64,000 bases of DNA from an uncultured delta proteobacterium (GTDB lineage Bacteria > Desulfobacterota > Desulfobacteria > Desulfobacterales > SG8-13): NCBI GenBank assembly GCA_963779885.1, contig CAWAAN010000024.1:78277-142276 (forward strand), in the 5' to 3' direction. The first letter of the stretch is position 1, and each line of letters opens with the position of its first letter. Of the stretch, positions 28,443-36,463 are shown one piece after another. The notes below the pieces were generated by a model. It saw nothing but the letters and a program-made list of their open reading frames with translations. It made no database searches and had not been told where the DNA came from. Both the position numbers and the translations under genes were made by a program.

Positions 28443-30020
28443 TCAGGGTTGATAGACATAGCTCCAGGTTTCACTGAGCACGTCGGGACCTCTTTTCAAA
28501 AAGGCCCTGATTTCGATCGGGCCCGCCGGTCCGGGTTCGGCCGGCTTTTCAGGGTCGATCTGAAAGACCAGGCGCCAGTGACCGGTTTGCGGTACTTTGG
28601 CGAGCTGCTGTTCGACAAGGGTGGCATTGGGGCTGACATGGACGGCCGCTGCGAGCGGCTGATCGCCGGCCAGCGAGGTGAGGTCGCCGCCGGTGAAATC
28701 GACCACGAACTTACGCAACCCGGGTGCTTTGCCGTCGGCCGTGCGGGAGGCATCCACATACGCGCCCGGCGGGCGATGCCCGTCGGCGAAGTAATGCCAG
28801 CTCATGCGGTAGTCGAAACTGACGGGCTGGCCGACCGGGGGCGGGGTGGCGGGGACCCAGAAGGCCACGATGTTGTCATGGATCTCTTCGTCGGTCGGGA
28901 TCATGATCAACTGCACCCGCCCGTCGCCCCAGTTGCCGACCGGCGCCACCCAGAGGCTGGGCCGATTTTCATAATTGCTTTCGATGTCCTGGTAGTGGTC
29001 ATACGCCTGGTCCCGCTGCAGCAGACCGAAGCCTTTGGGGTTGGTCATCTGAAAGGAGGTCACCAGAAGTTTGGGCGGGTTCACCAGCGGGCGCCAGATC
29101 CATTCGCCGGAGCCGGTCTCCATCATCAAGCCGTCGGTGTCGTGAATTTCGGGCCGAAAGTCGTCTACCGGCCGCGGATACGTGTTTTCACCATAAAAGA
29201 ACATGCTCGTCATCGGCGCAATGCCGAGTTGCTCGATTTTTCGCCGGGGCAAAAGAGTGCTTCTGACATCCATCACCGTCTCTTTTCCAGGATGAATGAC
29301 AAACTGATAGGCACCCACAATGCTGGGGCCATCGAGAATGGCATAGAGGGTGAGCGTCTTCGCGTCGGGGGCCGGTTTTTGAATCCAGAACTTGCGGAAG
29401 TACGGAAATTCTTCACCGCTCGGCAGAGTGGTGTCAACGGCCAGCCCGCGGGCCGAAAGGCCGTAGTTCATGTTTTGGCCGACCGCCCGGAAATAGCTGG
29501 CCCCGAGAAACACGGCCACCTCGTCCTGATATTCCGGTGTGTTGATGGGATAGTGGATGCGAAACCCAGCGAAGCCCAGATCATCGGGCACGAGGTCCGC
29601 GACCCTTTTTTTCTTGTAGTCGAAGAGGTCCTTCGAAAAGCGCACCGGATGGATGGTGCCCGACGGTTCGATCACGTTTATCTTCACCGTCCGATCGAAA
29701 TAAAGGCCCGGATGAAAGAATTGCAGCGTAAAGGGCAAATTTTCGTCGCGCCACAGGGCCTTGGGCGGCTTGAAGCGAATGTCACGCCAGTCGTCATAGT
29801 CGATCTTCATGAGCCGCTCGGGCACTTCGCCCGCGGGATTCATGTAAGGTGATTGGGAAAGCCGGCGGGCTTCATCGACCGCCGTTTCAAATGTAAAGGG
29901 GGTGCTGGCCGCGGCCGCGGAGAGATCGAGCCGGGCACAGCCGCTGAAAAGGGCGAGAGGAAGAAAAAGAAGAAAAATGTGACGGTGGCGGAACCAGTCG
30001 AAAAATTTCAACATCATCAT
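28443..30020 (-). CDS. opgG: periplasmic glucan biosynthesis protein, OpgG/OpgD (MdoG/MdoD) family
   Basis: 525 aa with a signal peptide or lipobox-like FSGC. Motifs YDDWRDIRF, LQFFHPG, FAGFRIHYPIN, YFRAVGQ and EFPYFRKFWI are typical of MdoG. Confidence 0.9.
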   Translation of the reverse strand: MMMLKFFDWFRHRHIFLLFLPLALFSGCARLDLSAAAASTPFTFETAVDEARRLSQSPYMNPAGEVPERLMKIDYDDWRDIRFKPPKALWRDENLPFTLQFFHPGLYFDRTVKINVIEPSGTIHPVRFSKDLFDYKKKRVADLVPDDLGFAGFRIHYPINTPEYQDEVAVFLGASYFRAVGQNMNYGLSARGLAVDTTLPSGEEFPYFRKFWIQKPAPDAKTLTLYAILDGPSIVGAYQFVIHPGKETVMDVRSTLLPRRKIEQLGIAPMTSMFFYGENTYPRPVDDFRPEIHDTDGLMMETGSGEWIWRPLVNPPKLLVTSFQMTNPKGFGLLQRDQAYDHYQDIESNYENRPSLWVAPVGNWGDGRVQLIMIPTDEEIHDNIVAFWVPATPPPVGQPVSFDYRMSWHYFADGHRPPGAYVDASRTADGKAPGLRKFVVDFTGGDLTSLAGDQPLAAAVHVSPNATLVEQQLAKVPQTGHWRLVFQIDPEKPAEPGPAGPIEIRAFLKRGPDVLSETWSYVYQP

Positions 30021-30042
30021 GTGCCTCCATAAATCGGTCTAA

Positions 30043-30198
30043 GGGTTCACGAAAGAATAAATTCACAGTTTTTGGCGTCGCGACGCCCAGCCGTCAAGGC
30101 GCAAAAAGTCAGGAATATCTGGATATTCCGAGTTTTTGCAACACCGACGGACGGGATGTATCGGCGCCTGAAATGTGAATTTATTTTTGAGTGAGCCC
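30043..30198 (-). mobile_element. MITE-like palindromic repeat, copy B (156 bp, inverted relative to A and C)
   Basis: Ends are GGGTTCACGAAAGAATAAATTCACA...TGTGAATTTATTTTTGAGTGAGCCC (~25-bp imperfect TIR). The centre is palindromic (GCAAAAAGTCAGGAATATCTGGATATTCCGAGTTTTTGC). Flanks are TAA (30040-30042) and CAA (30199-30201). Confidence 0.7.
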
Positions 30199-30231
30199 CA
30201 AGTCCGGTCATGCATCGCGTTTTTGCCGACG

Positions 30232-31878
30232 CTACCGGAACTGTTTGCGCAGGGCCCTTTTGTTGAGTTTGCCGACGCTGGTCTTGGCGATGCTCTCGAC
30301 CAGCAGCACCTGGCCGGGCACGCCGAACTTGGGGATCGTCCCGTTCTGCACGAATTTCATGAAAAAGTTCAGCAGGTCCTCTTCCTTGACTTTGCCCGCG
30401 AACTCTTTTTTCAGAACCACCAGGGCCAGGGGGCGTTCCCCCCATTTTTCGTCGGGTACGGCGATGACCGCCGCCTCGCTGACGGCCTCGTGCTGGCTGA
30501 TGATGTCTTCCAGGGTCAGCGAGGAAACCCATTCGCCGCCGGACTTGATGACATCCTTGATCCGATCGGTGATCTTCAGGTAGCCGTCACCGTCGATGAA
30601 CCCCACATCGCCGGTGTGCAGCCAGCCGCCACGCCACAGCTCTTCGCTGCGCTCGGGTTCCTTCAGGTAGCCCTGGGTCAGCCAGGGCGCGCGGGCCACC
30701 ACCTCCCCGGTCGCCTGGCCGTCGTGCGGCAGCGATTTTCCTTCCGGATCGACGATGTCGAGAACGACGTTGGGAATCGGCAATCCGGTGCGGCAGCGGA
30801 TGTCGACCTGCCGGTCCCGGTCCCATTCCAGCATGTGCGGCTTGAGGTTGGCCAGGGTCAGGATCGGGCAGGTCTCGGACATGCCGTAGCCGGTGAAAAC
30901 GTTGATTCCCAGATCGAGCGCCGCCCGGCAGAGACCCTTCGGCAGCGCGGAGCCGCCGATGATCACTTTCCAGTGCGACAAATCGACCTTCTTGACGGCC
31001 GGGCTGGACAGCAGCATGTGCAGGATGGTCGGCACGCAGTGAGAAAACGTGACGTTTTCCGCGGCGACCAGTTTCAGCAGCATTTCCGGTTCGTAGCGGC
31101 CGGGATAGACCTGCTTGGTGCCCAGCAGCGTCATCAGGTAGGGGATGCCCCAGGCGTGGACGTGAAACATCGGCGTCATGGGCATGTAGACGTCGCCGGA
31201 ATCGATGGTGGCCTGGGTCTTGTAGGCGCACAGCCCCGCCAGGATGCCATAGGTGTGCAGCACCAGCTGGCGATGGCTGAAGTAAACCCCCTTGGGCAGG
31301 CCGGTGGTGCCGGTGGTGTAGAAAGTGGTCGCCATCGTGTTTTCATCGAAATCGCCAAACTCGTAGCCCCCGTCGTTCTCACCGAGCAGGGCCTCGTATT
31401 CCCCCGCGATGGCCAGGGCGGTCGGCGGCGCCGCGTCGGCATCATTGATAAGGATAATCTTTTTAACCGTTTCGAACTGGTCTTTGACCCCCTCGAGCAA
31501 TGGTAAAAACTCGGCGTTAACCAGGATGATGTCGTCCTCGGCGTGGTTGATGGTGTAAATGAGCTGCTCGGGCGACAGGCGCACGTTGATGGTGTGCAGC
31601 ACGGCGCCCATCATCGGCACCGCAAAAAAACACTCCAGGTAGCGGTGGCTGTCCCAGTCCATCATCGCCACGGTATCACCCGGCTGAACGCCCTGCCGCT
31701 GCAGCATGCCGGCCAACCGTGTCACGCGGTTGAAAAACATGTCATAGTCGTAGCGCACCCGGTCGCGGTAGACGATTTCCTGTTGCGGAGCATGGATTAG
31801 GGGGGTCGACAGCATGTTCTTGATCAGGAGCTGATGCGGATAGGCTGACGGAGTTCGGTGGATCTGTTTGGCCGGCAT
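30232..31878 (-). CDS. AMP-dependent acyl-CoA synthetase/ligase (FadD-like)
   Basis: Trimmed to ATG 31878 (AAGGAG upstream). Motifs YTTGTTGLPKGV, TGYGMSET, GWLHTGD and IKSGGEWVS are present. Confidence 0.9.
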   Translation of the reverse strand: MPAKQIHRTPSAYPHQLLIKNMLSTPLIHAPQQEIVYRDRVRYDYDMFFNRVTRLAGMLQRQGVQPGDTVAMMDWDSHRYLECFFAVPMMGAVLHTINVRLSPEQLIYTINHAEDDIILVNAEFLPLLEGVKDQFETVKKIILINDADAAPPTALAIAGEYEALLGENDGGYEFGDFDENTMATTFYTTGTTGLPKGVYFSHRQLVLHTYGILAGLCAYKTQATIDSGDVYMPMTPMFHVHAWGIPYLMTLLGTKQVYPGRYEPEMLLKLVAAENVTFSHCVPTILHMLLSSPAVKKVDLSHWKVIIGGSALPKGLCRAALDLGINVFTGYGMSETCPILTLANLKPHMLEWDRDRQVDIRCRTGLPIPNVVLDIVDPEGKSLPHDGQATGEVVARAPWLTQGYLKEPERSEELWRGGWLHTGDVGFIDGDGYLKITDRIKDVIKSGGEWVSSLTLEDIISQHEAVSEAAVIAVPDEKWGERPLALVVLKKEFAGKVKEEDLLNFFMKFVQNGTIPKFGVPGQVLLVESIAKTSVGKLNKRALRKQFR

Positions 31879-32008
31879 GGTGGACTCCTTTCTGCGATCG
31901 GTTGAATCACGTGAAACCCGTGTCATCTGGGGCTGGTTTATCTCAAATTTCGGCCCATTCATCAAGAGCGTAATCTCTTCAAGGCCCGCCGCCCGGTGCC
32001 TTCTCACG

Positions 32009-32086
32009 CACAAATTGTCTCAATGGCCGCCACCCGAAAGATGGTATCGCTGTCATCCGCCACCCCCGAACCGTGAACCCTGAACC
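32009..32086 (+). repeat. 78-bp dispersed intergenic repeat, copy 1
   Basis: CACAAATTGTCTCAATGGCCGCCACCCGAAA...TCATCCGCCACCCCCGAACCGTGAACCCTGAACC. 67 of 78 positions are identical to 46511..46588 by manual alignment. It lies 16 nt beyond the stop of the minus-strand gene at 32102. Confidence 0.7.
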
Positions 32087-32101
32087 TCCAACCTGAGGTC
32101 T

Positions 32102-34525
32102 TTACGACCAGTCCGGCACCAACCGCCCGTCAGGCTGCCGGCGGTAGGGCAGCCACAGTAAGCCGAAAACCTCGAGCGCCATGTCGGTGCTCCGGGGGGT
32201 TACCCGCACTTCGTCCAGCGGCTCGCTCACGGGATCGTGGTCGGCGGTCAGCGCGTCGATATCTTTTTGCAGGCGCTCTTCGAGTCCGGCAAGTTTGCGG
32301 TCCACCGCGGTGATCGTTTCCTGGGCGCGGGTGACATCCATCTGTTCCTTGCCCAGCCGCCCGGCCGACTTTATGGCCGCGCCCACCCGCGTCACGTTGC
32401 GCGAGCTGACGGCCTTGCGGCCCAGAAAAGACCCCAGGATGGCCGTGCCGAAGGAAATCACGCTCTCTATTTTTCGACTCTGGACCTGTTCCTGCTCCCG
32501 CGCCAGGATTTGTTCGGCCCGCAAGCGGCGGTCCTTGAGAGCGGCGAACTTTTCCCCATACTTACGGCGCAGGTTGTCGGCCGCAAGATCCCGCTGTTCG
32601 CGGGCGGTCAGAGTGAGCCGCGCCCGGAAGGCCCCTTCGGTCTCACCGGGAGAACTGGTCATTTTAAACTGTTTGGACTGGTAAAGGAGCAGGGGACGGT
32701 TCTGCCGGACCCAGCGCAACATGTCCTTGGACCATTTTTTGTAGTCCCCGGCCCGGTTGGCGGCCGCCGGCAGATCCTTAAAGGCGGCCCCGGCCAGCGG
32801 GGACCCGGCCAGGCCGCCGGCAGCGCCCACCAACTCCAGGGCCTGGTCCCAATCGACCGGCAGAGGCCCGTCTTCGAGGGGTGCCGCCAGGGCGACGGTT
32901 TTACCGACATCGACACCGTAGCCGCTGTGGCTGTAATGAACATTCAGCCAGCCCCCGGCCGCCGGGACATAATAAAGGCCCTGGCCCGCGCCCGAGGCCG
33001 GCAGAAAAAACACCGCGACACCGGTCGGGGGAAGGGGCGGATACCCGCTGCCGGCAGTCGGCGGTGGCACCCAAGACGCGCCGGGCGGCGGTGGTGCGGC
33101 CGGCGCAGGGTCACCGGCGAGCGCACCGGCGCCAAGCATCTTGATCTGCTCGCGGGTCATCGGCCCCGCCAGATAAGACAAGGTCCAGCGGGTTTCGAAA
33201 ACCACCGGTTCACTGTCGTGCACGTTATTCATCAGAAACACCCGTTGACCGAGACCGGCCAGGATTTCACCCATCTTCTGCCGGTTGAACCGCGCACCGG
33301 CCGCGGCGCCTTCGAGCCCGGCCATCACGCGCTCTTTATCGTTCGCGGTCTGCAGCCGCCCGATAAACCAGGTGCCGGTGTTGGCCAGGCCCTTGTAATC
33401 GAGATCGACCGGGTTCTGGGTCGCCAGCACCACCCCCAGACCGAAAGCCCGGGCCTGTTTCAACAACGTCAACAGCGGCGGTTTGGACGGCGGGTTTTTC
33501 ACCGGCGGAAAGAACCCGAATATTTCGTCCATGTACAGGAGCGCCCGCAGGCTGGCAGTCCCCGGCTGGGTCCGCACCCAGCCGAGGATTTCATTGAGCA
33601 GCAGGGCGGTGAAGAACATGCGCTCGGCCTCGGACAGGTGGCCGATGGCAAAGATCGCGGCGCGGGGCTTACCGGCGGGGGTGTGCAGCATCCGGCCGAT
33701 GTCCAGTGGATCTCCGGCAAGCCAGGCGTCGAAGCCGGGGGCCGCCAGCAGGTTGTTCAAGCGCAGAGCCAGCTGGAAACGCTCCTTGGCGGGATAAAAC
33801 GACTCCAGATCCATCACCCCGATACGTTCCAGCGGCGGTTGCTGAATGAGCCGGATGAGTCCGGCGAGGTCCATGCCGCGGCCGGCGCTCCAGGCCTGCT
33901 CGAAAATGTTGGAGATCAGAATGTGCTCGCGGCTGTTGAGGGCTTCGGCCTCGATGCCCATCAGGGTCAACAGCGCGGTGACCGTCGTTTGGATCCGTTC
34001 CCGGAACACGTCGCTGTCCGCGCGAACCTCCGGCGACGGCGCGGCGAAGTTGCGCAGAACGTTGACCGGCAAACCGGCGCTGCTGCCCGGCGTGTAGACG
34101 GCAAAATCGGCGGCGGCGCGCAGCCGGGCAATTCGCTCGGGCTCCTGGTCCCACGTTGCCAACCCGTCGCGCCACTGGGCGGCGGTTTTTTCGGCCAACT
34201 GCTCGGCGTCCATTCCTTGGCGCGCCGCGTCACCGGGTTGGATCCAGGGCCGGAAGTCCTGCGGCTGCAGATCGGGAAAACCGAGCAGCAGGTTGGCGAG
34301 ATCGCCCTTGGGATCGATGGCGATCACCGGGATGTTGTCGATCAGCGCTTCCTCCAGCATCCCGATCCCCAAGCCGGTCTTGCCGCTGCCGGTCATGCCG
34401 ATGATGACGGCATGCGTGAGAAGGTCCCTGGAATCATAGAGAAGCGGTTCATCCCGCCGTTTGCGGGCGGCGAGGTCGAAAAATTTCCCCAGATAAAACA
34501 CCCCCAGTCTTTCGTAAGCCTTCAT
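32102..34525 (-). CDS. HerA/FtsK-like P-loop ATPase with Pro-rich linker and coiled-coil tail (function unknown)
   Basis: 807 aa. Walker A is GMTGSGKTGLG, Walker B is LLYMDEIFGF, and ATQNPVDLD is present. A Pro-rich tract follows (AAPPPPGASWVPPPTAGSGYPPLPPTG), then heptad-like charged C-terminal segments. Confidence 0.7.
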   Translation of the reverse strand: MKAYERLGVFYLGKFFDLAARKRRDEPLLYDSRDLLTHAVIIGMTGSGKTGLGIGMLEEALIDNIPVIAIDPKGDLANLLLGFPDLQPQDFRPWIQPGDAARQGMDAEQLAEKTAAQWRDGLATWDQEPERIARLRAAADFAVYTPGSSAGLPVNVLRNFAAPSPEVRADSDVFRERIQTTVTALLTLMGIEAEALNSREHILISNIFEQAWSAGRGMDLAGLIRLIQQPPLERIGVMDLESFYPAKERFQLALRLNNLLAAPGFDAWLAGDPLDIGRMLHTPAGKPRAAIFAIGHLSEAERMFFTALLLNEILGWVRTQPGTASLRALLYMDEIFGFFPPVKNPPSKPPLLTLLKQARAFGLGVVLATQNPVDLDYKGLANTGTWFIGRLQTANDKERVMAGLEGAAAGARFNRQKMGEILAGLGQRVFLMNNVHDSEPVVFETRWTLSYLAGPMTREQIKMLGAGALAGDPAPAAPPPPGASWVPPPTAGSGYPPLPPTGVAVFFLPASGAGQGLYYVPAAGGWLNVHYSHSGYGVDVGKTVALAAPLEDGPLPVDWDQALELVGAAGGLAGSPLAGAAFKDLPAAANRAGDYKKWSKDMLRWVRQNRPLLLYQSKQFKMTSSPGETEGAFRARLTLTAREQRDLAADNLRRKYGEKFAALKDRRLRAEQILAREQEQVQSRKIESVISFGTAILGSFLGRKAVSSRNVTRVGAAIKSAGRLGKEQMDVTRAQETITAVDRKLAGLEERLQKDIDALTADHDPVSEPLDEVRVTPRSTDMALEVFGLLWLPYRRQPDGRLVPDWS

Positions 34526-34635
34526 CGCAACCCTCCTTTAGACGCTGGCGCCGTTCACGGAACTAAAGACCGCCGGAAGGCGAACGCCGGCAATTAAGCC
34601 GACGGCGTCTTTTTCAATGACAGGATCGAATTGAC

Positions 34636-34759
34636 CCTTATATTAAAGCCTATACAAAAGGTAAAGGTTTTGGCTGTGTTATCGGTCGGCGGCGTATGAC
34701 CTATACAGCCGGCCTCCTTCTGGCCTCGCCAATACCTTTATCTTAAAGCCTATAGAGAA
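34636..34759. repeat. direct repeats in a divergent promoter region
   Basis: CCTTATATTAAAGCCTATACAAAAGG (34636-34661) and CCTTTATCTTAAAGCCTATAGAGAAT (34734-34759) are direct repeats. A third CCTATACA lies at about 34699. Confidence 0.45.
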
Positions 34760-34782
34760 TTGAAACTCGATACTCAATCGAA

Positions 34783-35646
34783 ATGGTGACTTCAAGAGAA
34801 AGCATGAGACCCATGCGGAAGAAGATACTGGCGGCCCTGTCCGGGGTGATCTTTCTGTATTGCGCCGCTTTGGCGGCGGCGGCGCCCGGCGCGGACCTCT
34901 GGGAGCGCTGGACGGCCAACGACCCCGGTTCCGCCATGCGGGTAGACCACTCGGCCTGGGACCGGTTCTTAAAAACATACCTGACAACCGGTCCCGCGGG
35001 GGTGACGCTGGTGCGCTACGGCCGGGTTTCGGCAGCCGATCGCGCGGCCCTGGGCGACTACCTGCGGCAGTTGGCGCAGACACCGGTGAGCCGCCTCGAC
35101 CGCAAGGAGCAGAAGGCCTTCTGGCTCAATCTCTACAACGCCGCGACGGTCAAGATCATTATCGACCACTATCCGGTCAAAAGCATCCGTGACATCGACA
35201 TTTCACCGGGATTTTTCTCCAACGGACCGTGGGGCAAGAAGCTGGTCCGCGTGGAGGGAGAAGACCTCAGCCTGGACGATATCGAACACCGCATTCTGCG
35301 CCCGATCTGGCAGGACCCCCGCATCCATTACGGCGTCAATTGCGCTTCAATGGGGTGTCCGAATCTGCCCCCGGCGGCATTTACCGCCGAAAACACCGAC
35401 GAGTTACTAGAAAAAGGGGCCCGGGAGTTCGTCAACAGTCCGCGCGGCACCCGGATCGACAACGGCAAACTGATCGTCTCGAGCATTTATGTCTGGTTCC
35501 AGTCCGATTTCGGCAACTCTGAGGCCGGCGTCATCGCCCACTTGAAAAAATACGCGGAAGTCGACCTGCGGACACGGATAGAAGGGATCGACCGGATTTC
35601 GGACGACCGCTACGATTGGCGGTTGAATGAGCCCCCCGGTCAATAA
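34783..35646 (+). CDS. DUF547-domain protein (secreted or periplasmic)
   Basis: FWLNLYNAATVKIIIDHYPVKSIRDI and HYGVNCASMGCPNL match the DUF547 pattern. The signal peptide is MRKKILAALSGVIFLYCAALAAA. The true start may be ATG 34804 or 34813. Confidence 0.75.
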   Translation: MVTSRESMRPMRKKILAALSGVIFLYCAALAAAAPGADLWERWTANDPGSAMRVDHSAWDRFLKTYLTTGPAGVTLVRYGRVSAADRAALGDYLRQLAQTPVSRLDRKEQKAFWLNLYNAATVKIIIDHYPVKSIRDIDISPGFFSNGPWGKKLVRVEGEDLSLDDIEHRILRPIWQDPRIHYGVNCASMGCPNLPPAAFTAENTDELLEKGAREFVNSPRGTRIDNGKLIVSSIYVWFQSDFGNSEAGVIAHLKKYAEVDLRTRIEGIDRISDDRYDWRLNEPPGQ

Positions 35647-35691
35647 GTGCGCCCGAGAGCTGCGCCGGCCCGATGATAGAAGGGTTTTTGC

Positions 35692-36180
35692 TCAGGCCCA
35701 GGCAATCAACCCCGAAAGATTCTTCATGGCCCCATCGCCCCTGGGCCGCACCCGAACCGTAAAGCCGTAACGACCGGAAATCAGACAGGGCCCCTGGCCC
35801 TCATACCGATAGCGGCCGCTGCCCAGATACTCCGCAGCCGACATCGGCGCCGTCCAGACGCCTTCCAGCGCAATCACCGATTTCATGTGGCCGCTGTAAA
35901 GCTCCACGTCCACGTCTTCGGGTTTCAACTCGCCCAGGCTGACCTCCACCGTGACATCGAACTGCTCGCCGACCCGAAAAGGACCCTTGCTGCTTTGCAC
36001 CGGCGGTCCGATCACAATGTCCTTCCAGGAGCCGACCAATTGTTTTTCCTGGATCGCCAGATTGCGGGCTTCCAGCCCGCCTTTTTCAAGCAAGGCCTCG
36101 AGACGCCGAACGATCGGCTGGTAGAAGCGTTCCTCATACTCTCCCACCATCCGCAGGCTGCAATAGTCCGTATATCCGAT
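35692..36180 (-). pseudogene. C-terminal remnant of an alpha-glucan-family (GlgP-type, GT35) phosphorylase
   Basis: RMVGEYEERFYQP is followed by the ~110-aa tail WKDIVIG...VTVEVSLGELKPEDVDVELY...GRYGFTVRVRP seen at the extreme C-terminus of ~850-aa alpha-glucan phosphorylases. The ~700 upstream residues are missing, and homology ends in an AT-rich tract at about 36180-36200. Confidence 0.65.
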
Positions 36181-36463
36181 TAGATTTAAATGATGTTTTT
36201 ATTCAGGACGCTGACCGATACGATCTTTTTGCGTCGGGTTTTTTTTCATCTCGTAAAATAGATTAGGCCCCCTCGTGATGGTTTGGGTTGCGATTGGTCC
36301 GTCGTTGGCCTATATTGGCTGACATCAGCCGCCGGACCCAGCCATTTATCCGGCCTCCGGCCTGAGTTAATGGATGCGCCGGCTCATGTCGGCGCATGAC
36401 GTCACGCCGGTCGCCCCTGACTGCGGGTCGGCAATTCACTGTAATGACGCAAGGAGGTCACAC

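Noticed and set aside
28449-29852. 467-aa ORF antisense to opgG
   Set aside because: The opposite strand encodes an unmistakable MdoG-family protein. This ORF has no motifs and a shadow-ORF composition.
30175-31506. 443-aa ORF antisense to the acyl-CoA synthetase gene
   Set aside because: The opposite strand has the full set of AMP-binding motifs. This ORF also begins inside the MITE copy.
32237-34597. 786-aa ORF antisense to the HerA-like ATPase
   Set aside because: It is a mirror ORF. The minus-strand protein carries Walker A/B motifs, whereas this translation is Arg/Gly/Pro-rich with no motifs.
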